From a virus (lineage: Duplodnaviria > Caudoviricetes): a stretch of DNA of 28,225 nt. Below are positions 9,098 through 18,272 of the stretch, piece after piece. Location of the stretch: IMG/VR virus record IMGVR_UViG_3300020045_017228, positions 1 through 28,225 of that record; one strand, 5' to 3'. Positions within the stretch are counted from its first letter, which is position 1. Each line of letters opens with the position of its first letter. The notes under the pieces are model-generated. The model searched no databases, had not been told where the DNA came from, and saw only the letters and a program-made list of their open reading frames with translations. Made by a program: the position numbers and the translations under genes.

Positions 9098-9529
9098 CTA
9101 AGCAGAAACTGGGTTGAAATCGCCGAGTCTTTCAACGTTAATCGCGGCTCCAGTAGTTCCGGAAGAAACACTTGTAGAAACAAAGCTCGCTTTCACGTAG
9201 CGCATATAACCAACATAACCAACTTTTGAAATTGTGTTAGATGCGGTTAAAGCTGCTTGAGCTTCTGGCGCTGTATCAGATGATGGATCTTGTTTTACAA
9301 GATAAAGATCATCAACAGCAGTAAAACTTCCGTCAGAAGTTTCGCACTCAGTTATTGCTGGCGTATATGTGCCATCAGTTCTGGTTGCGATTGAAAAAGT
9401 AAAATTAACACCGCCGTTATAACCAGCAGTATCAATTGCACTTCCAGCAGTAGTAGTGCTGGTAGAGATAGTTTGTGAAGCTAACGCAATATCGCGTTCA
9501 ATAGTTGTAGTAATTTCTTTTCTAGGCAT
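9098..9529 (-). CDS. Putative capsid decoration/cement protein
   Basis: 143 aa directly after the MCP with AAGGAG RBS; GSAIDTAGY and GYVGYMRYVK motifs are typical of post-MCP proteins. Confidence 0.6.
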   Translation of the reverse strand: MPRKEITTTIERDIALASQTISTSTTTAGSAIDTAGYNGGVNFTFSIATRTDGTYTPAITECETSDGSFTAVDDLYLVKQDPSSDTAPEAQAALTASNTISKVGYVGYMRYVKASFVSTSVSSGTTGAAINVERLGDFNPVSA

Positions 9530-9554
9530 AGAATTTCTCCTTAATTATTGTTTA

Positions 9555-10862
9555 TTATGCGGCACATTTTAGAAGTTTGATGGCTTCAAAGTTTTTAACT
9601 TCACCACCAGTTCTTCTAAAGGCTTGGAAACGGACGATCGGGTGAGCAATATAAGGGTTTCTTAATACTCTCATTCCTAATCTATCCACGATTTGATAGC
9701 CTCTTTTAAAGTCACCATAAGCAACAGATAAAGAGTTAGAAGCCACATCTTGCATATCGTTACCGAATATAACTGGACGGTTTAGCATTTCTAAAGTTGT
9801 GCTAGTTTTCAAAAGATTTGGATCAATTAACCAACGACCAACACCATCTTTTAAAAGAGTAACAGAATTCCAGATCATACGTTTCATTAAGAAAACTGCA
9901 TTCTCTTGATATTCTTCTTTAAGAGCGCCTTGCATTGTTTTAATGCCGTCACCAGAAAGCTGACCGGCAACACCAGAAGCGATTTGCTCAACAGCATTTC
10001 TTTGATAAACGCCAGTAGTTCCGCTAATAGTAGATGGAGTTGTCCAAGCAGCATAAGAAAGGAAGCCTTTTGGTTTAGAAGCGCCATCACCAGATACAAA
10101 TTTAGTGTTTTCATCACGTCTAAATTTATCATCAAGTTTAGCAAGCAACCAAGTATCAACATCAGGCATATCATCAAGCATTGTTTGTGTAACATCTACA
10201 TAAGCAGCTTGTTGATGAGCTAAGATATTGATTAAACCGATTTGCGGAGTATTAACGCCAGGAGTCGGAGTTACTTCAGAACCCCAAGTTGGAGCGCCAC
10301 ATTCTTGGTCATCTAATGGGAAATCAATTTGATTGGAAGTAATTTCGCGAACATCAGCCAATAATCTCATTGGAGTTGTTTCAAAATAACGACCTTTAAT
10401 CACTTCGCCTTTTTGTGGAACGATAAAGTAACCGCCATCTGGGCCAATATCAGAACGAAGAGTTTTTAAATGGAGGTCTAAATCTTTTGAATTGCTACCT
10501 TGATAAATATCTTCGATTAAAGATTTGATATATTTATCAGAAACATCATCAGAGATTGCTGTTTTCTTTCTCAAGTAAGATTTAAACGCATTTTTATATT
10601 CTGCATTTTTTTCTTCTTCTTTTTTAGAACCAGAATTAGCCACTCTTAATAGAGTTGTTTCAAGAGTTTTGATTTCTTGTTTAGCTTCTAGTAATTGGTT
10701 ATCAAGTTTAGATTGAGCATCAACCAAAGGATTAAGCTTTTCGCCAATTTCCTTGATTTGAACGTTCAATAAACCATCATACTTCGCTTCAAAAGCAGTA
10801 TGGCTTTTTTGCATAGCTTCTAAGCCATCTGCAATTTTGAGTAAGGTTGTATTATCTGACAT
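9555..10862 (-). CDS. Major capsid protein, HK97 family
   Basis: Coiled-coil delta domain, DGGYFIVP, FVSGDGASKPKGFL, YGDFKRGYQIVDR, RRTGGEVKNFEAIK. Confidence 0.97.
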   Translation of the reverse strand: MSDNTTLLKIADGLEAMQKSHTAFEAKYDGLLNVQIKEIGEKLNPLVDAQSKLDNQLLEAKQEIKTLETTLLRVANSGSKKEEEKNAEYKNAFKSYLRKKTAISDDVSDKYIKSLIEDIYQGSNSKDLDLHLKTLRSDIGPDGGYFIVPQKGEVIKGRYFETTPMRLLADVREITSNQIDFPLDDQECGAPTWGSEVTPTPGVNTPQIGLINILAHQQAAYVDVTQTMLDDMPDVDTWLLAKLDDKFRRDENTKFVSGDGASKPKGFLSYAAWTTPSTISGTTGVYQRNAVEQIASGVAGQLSGDGIKTMQGALKEEYQENAVFLMKRMIWNSVTLLKDGVGRWLIDPNLLKTSTTLEMLNRPVIFGNDMQDVASNSLSVAYGDFKRGYQIVDRLGMRVLRNPYIAHPIVRFQAFRRTGGEVKNFEAIKLLKCAA

Positions 10863-10863
10863 A

Positions 10864-11610
10864 TTATTTATTTAAGTGGTTATTAAATTTTTCGATGCCT
10901 TGAAGAATGGAATTCTCAAGACCTTTATCAAGCAAAGACAGAACCTTTAAAGCAGCGTCGCACTCTTCATTAGTTTTGATTTCTACTTCAGGGTTTTCAT
11001 CCTCATCGCGAGGAGTTAATTCTTTTATTTTAGAGATGATTGTTTTTGCTTCTTTTGCGGAAAAATCAGCCTCTTTCAAGATGACTTCTATATCACGAAT
11101 TGATTTTATTTCTTCAGACCAATTAGGATTTTGAGATTTAAAAGCAGTAAGAGTTGCTTTAGGATTCATCGGGAGAGTTACGAGGGAAACTTCATAAAGT
11201 TTTAACTCGATCAGATCAAGAATATCGCTATCTTCATCATAAGCATATTTAACGGTGCTATAACCAATTGACATAGAATCAATTGCGCCGCATTTAATAA
11301 GCGCAGCAATATCTCTGCATTGTCTATTTGCTTTCGGCATAATGCCTTTTACAAATAAACCATACGTATCTTCTCTGACTTCTGTGAATTTACCTAGAGG
11401 CTGAGCCATATCATGCTGATAGCACAATTTTGGTGTCATCTCTTTTAGTGAGGTCGCAAAAGCGCCTTGTTTGATTCTGTCCTTGCCTAGATCAATATTA
11501 TCAAAAACAGCTCCATAGCCGCTAAATGTATAATATTCGTCATCTTCGACAAATGACTCTTGTTTGAATTTTATCTCAAGCGTTTTGCGCTCAAGTTTTT
11601 TGATGTCCAT
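10864..11610 (-). CDS. Prohead protease, HK97 family
   Basis: FSGYGAVFDNID, YQHD, MSIGY and LYEVSLVTLPMNPKA motifs. Confidence 0.97.
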   Translation of the reverse strand: MDIKKLERKTLEIKFKQESFVEDDEYYTFSGYGAVFDNIDLGKDRIKQGAFATSLKEMTPKLCYQHDMAQPLGKFTEVREDTYGLFVKGIMPKANRQCRDIAALIKCGAIDSMSIGYSTVKYAYDEDSDILDLIELKLYEVSLVTLPMNPKATLTAFKSQNPNWSEEIKSIRDIEVILKEADFSAKEAKTIISKIKELTPRDEDENPEVEIKTNEECDAALKVLSLLDKGLENSILQGIEKFNNHLNK

Positions 11611-11663
11611 AAGTGGTGATTATGGTTGCTAAAATGTAATCGAAAGATAAAATATTTGTTGCA

Positions 11664-11683
11664 TTATCAGTTGCAACTGATAA
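11664..11683. promoter_or_regulatory. Perfect 20-bp palindrome (candidate operator)
   Basis: TTATCAGTTGCAACTGATAA in the divergent gap between the protease and the 11742 ORF. Confidence 0.6.
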
Positions 11684-11687
11684 ATAC

Positions 11688-11708
11688 CCATATTGTCAAA
11701 ATACCACT
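11688..11708 (+). repeat. 21-bp motif, copy 2 (CCATATTGTCAAAATACCACT)
   Basis: Identical to 2095-2115. Confidence 0.9.
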
Positions 11709-11741
11709 TTGACGATTATGTAAAAACCCAAAATTTAAAGA

Positions 11742-11996
11742 ATGAGAGCAACAAGAAATAGTAGTGAAGTTTTTAACTTCTTCCAAAGAGCTAGAGCCTT
11801 ATATCCTAGGCTGAATATAACAATCCCCAGCATTGAGAAAGCGGACGCAGAATTCTTAAAAAGAATGAAAATTGGCGCTGGTATTAAATGTTCTTGGTAT
11901 AGAACAGGAATAAAACCGCTTTATTGGAATATTTTAGATTTAGTAGAAAAAAGTTATATTAATCCAAACACAAAAGCCGATTTAGCTCAGAGGTAG
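11742..11996 (+). CDS. Hypothetical protein (3' end overlaps the tRNA)
   Basis: 84 aa ATG ORF. Confidence 0.55.
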   Translation: MRATRNSSEVFNFFQRARALYPRLNITIPSIEKADAEFLKRMKIGAGIKCSWYRTGIKPLYWNILDLVEKSYINPNTKADLAQR

Positions 11997-12050
11997 AGCT
12001 ACGCACTTGTAATGCGTGGGTAGGCAGTTCGATTCTGTCAATCGGCACCA
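11976..12050 (+). tRNA. tRNA-Thr (anticodon TGT)
   Basis: Acceptor stem GCCGATT/AATCGGC, D arm GCTC/GAGC, anticodon arm ACGCA-CTTGTAA-TGCGT, T loop GTTCGATT, encoded CCA. Confidence 0.95.
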
Positions 12051-12070
12051 TTTATTTAATTCAATTATTC

Positions 12071-12355
12071 ATGATAAAACTATTATACGACAGAATTGCA
12101 GTTAAAAGAATTGAATCAATCACCAAAACTAAAGGTGGGATTCTTATTCCCGATATTGCACAAGAAAAAGCAACCGAAGGTGTAGTTGTGGCGATAGGAA
12201 CTGGCACTAGAGACAAATTCGGCAATTTAATCCCTCTTGATATTAAGGTTGGTGATAAAGTTTTGTTTAAGAAATGGGGCGGAACTGAATTAAAAATTGA
12301 TGGCGAAGAAATAATGATTATGCAAGAATCAGACGTGATGGCTATTGTTGATTAG
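12071..12355 (+). CDS. groES: Co-chaperonin GroES (Cpn10)
   Basis: LYDRIAVKR, mobile loop [35 protein letters not shown]. Confidence 0.97.
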   Translation: MIKLLYDRIAVKRIESITKTKGGILIPDIAQEKATEGVVVAIGTGTRDKFGNLIPLDIKVGDKVLFKKWGGTELKIDGEEIMIMQESDVMAIVD

Positions 12356-13355
12356 TAGTTAAGAAAACAATCCTAGTCTCTTCTTGGCATCTACAACCAG
12401 CGGTCTGTTCTATTGGAAGCGATGGATCATAAGGCCTTGCACATCTATGGCCACCAACAACATAAAATCCATTTATTTTCTTTTGTCCATCAGCGACGGC
12501 GTGATCGTAGCGAGTATGTGAATCAAGAATTGCGCGCCAATTCTGCTCTTTTGTTGCGCCTTCGATATTATCGACCACCAAATCCTCTTCTGTGGCTTTA
12601 GCCCAACTCTGAGCTAAACCAACATTTTGTTCAGCAATTAATTCTGATCTACTATCAGATTTAGCAAGCAGCTTATCCTCAATTTCATCGCCAATAAATT
12701 TATCTTTGTTTTTATTGAATTCTTCCAGTTCAACTTCCAATTTTCTAATTTCCGCCTCTAACTTCTCTTTTTTAGCATCAGAAATTGACGGAGAAGCCCC
12801 TAATAGACGATTAAATTCATTTTGTCTTAAATCATCCTTAGCGCTTCTAATTTCTCCCTCTAGCTTGGTTTGTTCAGTGAAAAATAATATAACCGATAAT
12901 TTTTCAGCATTAGTTATTTCTTTTTCGTTGGTGTCCGTAATGTAATCAGCCTGTATATCACTTTGTTCTTCGACAAAATAAGTTGCTTCGAGCGCGAAAT
13001 CATTGTTGACCTTATCTATAGCGCTATCGGACAATATTATCTCGTTATCCTTCGTTTCAATCTGGTAATTAATTAATGCTTTGTATTTTTCAGTTTTAAA
13101 AGCATAACCTTTGGCTTCACCATCTTTCCTAACATTAAATCCAAATTCTTTTATGGACGCTCTTTGGGCATCTCTGGCAATCTTTAAAAATTCTGGGCGA
13201 TAATGTAGAGCCAAAGATTCGGCTGGCACGCGTTGAGTTGAAATGTATAGAGTTTTTGCGTCAGCAGCTAAATTGCGAAAAATCTTTTTTAAAGGAGGGA
13301 TAAATCGAGCTTCAAGCTTCTGTTTGGCTAGATCAATTTCTTTGACTTTATCCAT
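12342..13355 (-). CDS. Head morphogenesis protein (SPP1 gp7 / Mu gpF-like)
   Basis: C-terminal [24 protein letters not shown] and GCRC motifs; located after the portal. Confidence 0.85.
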   Translation of the reverse strand: MDKVKEIDLAKQKLEARFIPPLKKIFRNLAADAKTLYISTQRVPAESLALHYRPEFLKIARDAQRASIKEFGFNVRKDGEAKGYAFKTEKYKALINYQIETKDNEIILSDSAIDKVNNDFALEATYFVEEQSDIQADYITDTNEKEITNAEKLSVILFFTEQTKLEGEIRSAKDDLRQNEFNRLLGASPSISDAKKEKLEAEIRKLEVELEEFNKNKDKFIGDEIEDKLLAKSDSRSELIAEQNVGLAQSWAKATEEDLVVDNIEGATKEQNWRAILDSHTRYDHAVADGQKKINGFYVVGGHRCARPYDPSLPIEQTAGCRCQEETRIVFLTTNQQ

Positions 13356-13500
13356 TGCTACGCTTCAATAATTTTAATTCTTTTTTAAGCATAGATAATC
13401 TGGCAACCCAAACTCTTTTTTCTTCAATCTTTAAAAAAGAATGTTTCAAACGCTTTCTAGTGAGTTCAATATCTGATATGAGCTTTAATTTATCTTTCAT
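13348..13500 (-). CDS. Small basic hypothetical protein (50 aa; not in the ORF track)
   Basis: [50 protein letters not shown]; abuts the portal stop and overlaps the next ATG. Confidence 0.5.
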   Translation of the reverse strand: MKDKLKLISDIELTRKRLKHSFLKIEEKRVWVARLSMLKKELKLLKRSNG

Positions 13501-14952
13501 TTATAAAATAGCTTTTGCAATATCCTCTTCGTTATAAAAAGCAGAGCCATCTTTATTTTTGTAGCTTCTTAGCTTTTTTTCTAAATAACTTTTTCCTTCT
13601 TTATCGGCGCCGAAAGTGTCTTCTAGGTTAGTATCAACACCAATTGGAAGAACATTATTAGCGATAAATATTTGGTCACACCCTTCGCTTTCTACCCTTC
13701 CAAAACCAACATATTCGCGGCGTTCATTTACTGAGGTATCACCAATCTTTTTCATCGCTTCCCAATTCTTCATACGGCGCGGCTGTAATGCGCTGATTGA
13801 TGATTCATTGTAACCAAATCTGGTGAATTTATCTGCGTCTTTGTATCGTTGTTGGAAAATGAATGTGAAATTTCGCTCGCAAAAAGTATCTACAGACGGC
13901 AGAATTCCATCGTCATAAAACATTAAGTTTGAAGTCTCCATATTAGCCATAGAAGTGTTGTCGGCATCTACTAAAGGAAGCGGAATATTCAATTTAAGAT
14001 AGATAGCGTTTTTAGTTTGGTCGTTCATCTCCTTAAAATTCATATCATTTGGATTGAGCGATAGATTTGATGAAGTGATTGGAAGGGTTGAGATAATTGT
14101 TTTGCCGGAATTAACAGACCCGCTAAATTCTTTTGTGATAAACTCTCTTAACTTGTTTAACTGGTCCACGCTGATTGGCTCTTTAACATTCGGACTAATG
14201 ATATTCTTCGCGCTAAGACCATTTTTAATTAAAAAATAATTATAAACAGCAGCTTCAAAATATTGCCCAATTTGTAGCTCGCAGCTTTGCAATGGAGCGT
14301 CGCCGTATATCTGATTATTTCCATAATAGGATAAATTTGTGCGAATATTTCTAAAATGATACAGCTGGCTAAAGCCATTAGATTCAATGTAAGCTTCAAT
14401 TAGATTGCCATTAATATCTCTTATAAATCTTCGATAAAAAGTAATCATTTGCCCCATTGGTGTAGTGTATTGGTAATAAGTTGGGCTATTACCAGAAACA
14501 TCAGTGCTACCCAAGACTAAATCTGGGCGCAGATTATACATTTCTACAGGCTCTCGGGATATTTTATCACCATCAATAAGCCCCATTACTCTAACAAAGT
14601 TATTGCCAGTGGCTCGTTCGTGAACGATTGCCTCTTTAATAAAATCTTGTTGAGTTTGATTTTGGTTGGGTTTTCTTAGGAGTTTTAGGAATGGATGATT
14701 ATAAACCGGTAATTCAGCTTCTTTTTTATCAGAAGTAAATAACATTAAAAAGATTTTTGCCCCTTTCTCTGCAATCTTATCAACACCATCCCCAAAAGGG
14801 GCAACAGTATTATAATATTGCATCCATTGGACAGTAGAATTTGCAAAAGTGAAAGCTGTGCCAGCACCAGAAAATAGCCCACCGTAATAAGGAAGAGCAG
14901 ATTTGGTTTCGGGAGTGCGAGCGGAAAATTTACTAAAGAATTGTTTAATCAT
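13501..14952 (-). CDS. Portal protein, HK97 family
   Basis: HPFLKLLRKPN, GNNF, LRPDLV, FSGSVNSGK, LNPNDMNF and SVNERREYVG motifs. Confidence 0.93.
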   Translation of the reverse strand: MIKQFFSKFSARTPETKSALPYYGGLFSGAGTAFTFANSTVQWMQYYNTVAPFGDGVDKIAEKGAKIFLMLFTSDKKEAELPVYNHPFLKLLRKPNQNQTQQDFIKEAIVHERATGNNFVRVMGLIDGDKISREPVEMYNLRPDLVLGSTDVSGNSPTYYQYTTPMGQMITFYRRFIRDINGNLIEAYIESNGFSQLYHFRNIRTNLSYYGNNQIYGDAPLQSCELQIGQYFEAAVYNYFLIKNGLSAKNIISPNVKEPISVDQLNKLREFITKEFSGSVNSGKTIISTLPITSSNLSLNPNDMNFKEMNDQTKNAIYLKLNIPLPLVDADNTSMANMETSNLMFYDDGILPSVDTFCERNFTFIFQQRYKDADKFTRFGYNESSISALQPRRMKNWEAMKKIGDTSVNERREYVGFGRVESEGCDQIFIANNVLPIGVDTNLEDTFGADKEGKSYLEKKLRSYKNKDGSAFYNEEDIAKAIL

Positions 14953-15109
14953 TTGATTTAAATCTAATTAAAAAGTGGTGATTTTTAAAGATTTTAGAAG
15001 TCAAGCAGATTTTGAATAAAAAGCAATTGAATTTTTAAGAAGGAAAATTAATCTTGTATTAGCTCTTCATCATGGACTTATGGTGGGTCAATTTAAGGGT
15101 GATTTGTTA

Positions 15110-15153
15110 GATTCGCCGAGAGGGTCGGGTTTGTGTTTCCTGATTGGCGAATC
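15110..15153. terminator. GC-rich hairpin downstream of the recombinase
   Basis: GATTCGCC...GGCGAATC outer stem with an inner GTCGGG/CCTGAT pairing. Confidence 0.4.
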
Positions 15154-15156
15154 GCC

Positions 15157-16002
15157 TTAAAATATCTTATCAGCCATATCATTAATAACCTTACTCTTAT
15201 GCCCAGTAGATAAGTGAGCATATTTCTTAACCATATTATAACTCTTGTGCCTCATCAGCTCCGCAATAACATTAAGCGGCGTGTTGTGCATTGCCAAATA
15301 AGACGCAAAAGTATGTCTCTGGTCATGAAATCTAAAATCTTTTATTCCTGCTCGCTGCAAGGCTTGGGCAAAAGGCTTCCTTAAGTCAATCGGTTTATTC
15401 ACATCTATTCTACTTGGAAACAATAAGACCGTCTTACTATAAGTAAGATGCTCTATTAAATCTGGCATTATTTTGGCTGGAATTGGGAGTGTGGCCATCT
15501 CACCATTTTTTGTCGTGTGCAAATAAATTAATTGCTTATCAATATCCACATCCGACCAAGTTAAATTCATTATCTCCATCTTGCGTGCGCCAGTTCCTAG
15601 TGCAAGTAATACAACCAAATAAAGATAGGGGTTAGCACTTTCTTTACAGGAAATAAGCAATTCTGCTAGCTCCTTAGTGGTTAAATAACGAACTCTATCT
15701 CTTGGGTTTTTTAGATTGCTGATTTTTAAGAGTGGGTTTTCATTTAGAACACCAAACTCTTTGATGGCAACTGTAAAAAGATGGCGTAAAGCAGCCATAT
15801 AAATGTTTTTAGTTGCATCGCCGCCTTTAATTGAGGAGCGGGCTTTTATTACATCTAAAGGTTTGATTTCAGCGATATTCATCTCGCCTAATTGCTTCGA
15901 CCAGAATTGCAGTTGGTGGCGCTGGTTTGTCTGGGTTTTGTGAGCTTTGCGTGGTAATATTTCGGTGATGTAGAGCTGGATTATTTCGGAGAGTTTAATC
16001 AT
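15157..16002 (-). CDS. Tyrosine recombinase/integrase lacking an N-terminal arm-binding domain
   Basis: Catalytic R (TGARKMEI), K (TTKNG), H-x-x-R (HDQRH), H (MRHKS) and Y (KKYAHL). Only 281 aa, starting at the core-binding domain. Confidence 0.92.
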   Translation of the reverse strand: MIKLSEIIQLYITEILPRKAHKTQTNQRHQLQFWSKQLGEMNIAEIKPLDVIKARSSIKGGDATKNIYMAALRHLFTVAIKEFGVLNENPLLKISNLKNPRDRVRYLTTKELAELLISCKESANPYLYLVVLLALGTGARKMEIMNLTWSDVDIDKQLIYLHTTKNGEMATLPIPAKIMPDLIEHLTYSKTVLLFPSRIDVNKPIDLRKPFAQALQRAGIKDFRFHDQRHTFASYLAMHNTPLNVIAELMRHKSYNMVKKYAHLSTGHKSKVINDMADKIF

Positions 16003-16267
16003 TTATTTTCTCTTCAAGAATAATAACATTATCATTAAGTTTAGTATCAATTTCATAGGGAAAACCACCAATAAGCCTGTTTACAGAATCATAAAGAAAG
16101 ACATTCCAAATTCCATCTCTGACTCCTTGTATTCTTCTTAATGTTATGCCACTTAATATAAATTTTGCCTCTGAACCATAAGTTTTAATTGTATTAAAAT
16201 TCCATATTACTTCTGAAATCTCGTTATAATTAGGAAAGTTTAAAATTGCAGGAGTTTTCTTTATCAT
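15995..16267 (-). CDS. Hypothetical protein
   Basis: ORF coupled by ATGA overlap to the HNH gene; start at 16267, alternatively 16282. Confidence 0.55.
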   Translation of the reverse strand: MIKKTPAILNFPNYNEISEVIWNFNTIKTYGSEAKFILSGITLRRIQGVRDGIWNVFLYDSVNRLIGGFPYEIDTKLNDNVIILEEKIND

Positions 16268-16860
16268 CTCACTTTCTCCCATAATTCAGGGTTTTCTATA
16301 ATTTTATTGCCTTTACGACAATTACAAATTTTGCACAAGGGCTGAATATTCGCAATATAATCAGAACCTCCTTTCGACATTGGAATAATATGATCTTTAG
16401 TTAAAGGCTTTGATTCATTACATTGCGCGCACTTATGATTATATTTTTCTTTTAAACTTTCCCACTCTTCTAGCGAGTGATATCCTTCAATATTTTTTCT
16501 TAAAATATAACGTTTTTTTCTCGCGTTTCGGGTATAAATACTTTCTCCATCTTCTGGCTTTCTAACGCCTTTATAAGAAGGTTGTTTATAAAATGGCAGT
16601 CTCTCTGCTCGAAACTTTGAATGGCAATCCTGCGAACAAAAATGCTTTTCTTTTCGCAAAAGATGAGATGGCTTTGTTTTATAAATTAATCCACAATAAT
16701 CGCATTCAATATTAGTTAAATTTGATTTATTTTCCCCGAAACATTTTGAGGAGCAAAATATTTTTAATTTCCATTGCTTGTCGCTGTGTCTCTCATGCCT
16801 ACTAAAAGCAATATTGCAGAATAAGCAAGTTTTAGGCTTAAAAATTCTTTTTAATCTCAT
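16264..16860 (-). CDS. HNH endonuclease with N-terminal Cys-rich zinc-binding repeats
   Basis: CxxC...FCSxxC twice; CAQC, LTKDHIIPMSKGGSDYIANIQPLCKICNCRK. Confidence 0.92.
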   Translation of the reverse strand: MRLKRIFKPKTCLFCNIAFSRHERHSDKQWKLKIFCSSKCFGENKSNLTNIECDYCGLIYKTKPSHLLRKEKHFCSQDCHSKFRAERLPFYKQPSYKGVRKPEDGESIYTRNARKKRYILRKNIEGYHSLEEWESLKEKYNHKCAQCNESKPLTKDHIIPMSKGGSDYIANIQPLCKICNCRKGNKIIENPELWEKVR

Positions 16861-17297
16861 CTTATTTTTTCGTAAAGCTCTGGATTTTCGTGAAGATTTC
16901 CAATATAGCCATATTCTGAACTAATCGGGACTATCATAGATCGGCTACCATATAGACTATATTTTTTATCTAAAATGGGCAAATCTTCAAAATCTCGCCC
17001 TATTCCTACCTGATGACAAATAATATCGTCTTGAAAATGTTTATCATATTTAATAATCAAAACAAATCTCCCCTCTCCATAAGTCCTGCTGTTAAACAAG
17101 CCATTGAAACGATTTAGGAGGTCAGTTTTGTCTTTATTAATCTGTTTTCCATATAAACAATCTTCTGAATATTTGACTTCGCCCCAATATTGATTTGGTT
17201 TTATCAAAATAAAATCACCAAAATATCCAAAATCCTTCCCCAGCTCCAAAAACCTATAAAACTTTCCGTTTTTGTATTCAGCTAGTTTTAGTTGCAT
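16857..17297 (-). CDS. YopX-like protein
   Basis: C-terminal IGNLHENPEL signature. Confidence 0.65.
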   Translation of the reverse strand: MQLKLAEYKNGKFYRFLELGKDFGYFGDFILIKPNQYWGEVKYSEDCLYGKQINKDKTDLLNRFNGLFNSRTYGEGRFVLIIKYDKHFQDDIICHQVGIGRDFEDLPILDKKYSLYGSRSMIVPISSEYGYIGNLHENPELYEKIR

Positions 17298-17512
17298 AAA
17301 TTTTTCAAAAAATTGATCAAACGCTCTAATTTTCCTCTAACACTTTCCGTTACCACAACCTTATCCCCTTTATCACTAATCTTCCAAGACCTGTTTGGCT
17401 GAATAGTGATAGATTGACCTTCCTTTGCTTTAATAACGAAAGATTCTCCTATTATAGATGAGCTTGGAAGAATTATGGTCTTATGAGATTGAGATGTAGA
17501 TTTTAATTGCAT
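17288..17512 (-). CDS. Hypothetical protein
   Basis: 74 aa with AAGGA RBS. Confidence 0.55.
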   Translation of the reverse strand: MQLKSTSQSHKTIILPSSSIIGESFVIKAKEGQSITIQPNRSWKISDKGDKVVVTESVRGKLERLINFLKNLCN

Positions 17513-17513
17513 A

Positions 17514-17678
17514 TTATCCTTTTGATTTGTATTCGTTTGGTCGCCATTTTAAAGGTCTAATTCCAGTTTCTTTTTCGATTTCATCGTGTCGTTTTTCTTG
17601 TTTTTCATCCCAAATTCTATTCTCTTCGTCTCTCGATAAAGGTTCCGGAAACAATTTTTGTAAGAGTTTTTTAAACAT
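17514..17678 (-). CDS. Small hypothetical protein (54 aa; not in the ORF track)
   Basis: MFKKLLQKLFPEPLSRDEENRIWDEKQEKRHDEIEKETGIRPLKWRPNEYKSKG; tiles the gap exactly. Confidence 0.55.
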   Translation of the reverse strand: MFKKLLQKLFPEPLSRDEENRIWDEKQEKRHDEIEKETGIRPLKWRPNEYKSKG

Positions 17679-18027
17679 TTTGTTTCTCTATTTCTTCTTG
17701 TAATTCCAAAATAATTTTTTCATCAGTAACAGCAATCAATTGATGCTCTCCGTACCAAGCAGAACTCGACCAATCGTCTTTGCTATGACGCACCAATAAA
17801 GAATAAGAATCAATATCATTTCCTCCATAAGCGTGAGCATAAGTGTATTTAACTTGAGCATAAACTCCTTTAGTAAAATGATTCATTGATGATCTTAAAT
17901 CATCTGCTATTTTCACAAAAGATTCTGGAGGGAATTTTTGTTCTTCTGGCATCAGTTCACTCGCCACTTTTAATAAACCCCTTTGATAAATTGATTTTGC
18001 GTTTGCTAATTTTTCTTGGTAATTCAT
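17671..18027 (-). CDS. Hypothetical phage protein
   Basis: 118 aa with SMNHF, YTYAHAYGG and AWY motifs, resembling small SH3-like phage proteins. Confidence 0.65.
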   Translation of the reverse strand: MNYQEKLANAKSIYQRGLLKVASELMPEEQKFPPESFVKIADDLRSSMNHFTKGVYAQVKYTYAHAYGGNDIDSYSLLVRHSKDDWSSSAWYGEHQLIAVTDEKIILELQEEIEKQNV

Positions 18028-18029
18028 AA

Positions 18030-18272
18030 TTATTCAATCACCTCCACAGTCTCCGCCACAACAAAACGAACTAATTTAATCTTAACGCCGTGTTCTTTAG
18101 CTTCTTTAATCATAGCTTCACGAGATCCGGCTAATATTCTGTTGGCGTTTTCTAATGTGCTAACCATCATTGGAGGCATCGTTAAGATAATTCCTTCTAA
18201 GCCATTTTTATCTTCGGCAACTAGAGTGAATACTTGGTTAATTTTACGGTCTGGTTTTTCGTTTCCTATCAT
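18030..18272 (-). CDS. Hypothetical protein
   Basis: 80 aa with AGGAG RBS. Confidence 0.6.
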   Translation of the reverse strand: MIGNEKPDRKINQVFTLVAEDKNGLEGIILTMPPMMVSTLENANRILAGSREAMIKEAKEHGVKIKLVRFVVAETVEVIE

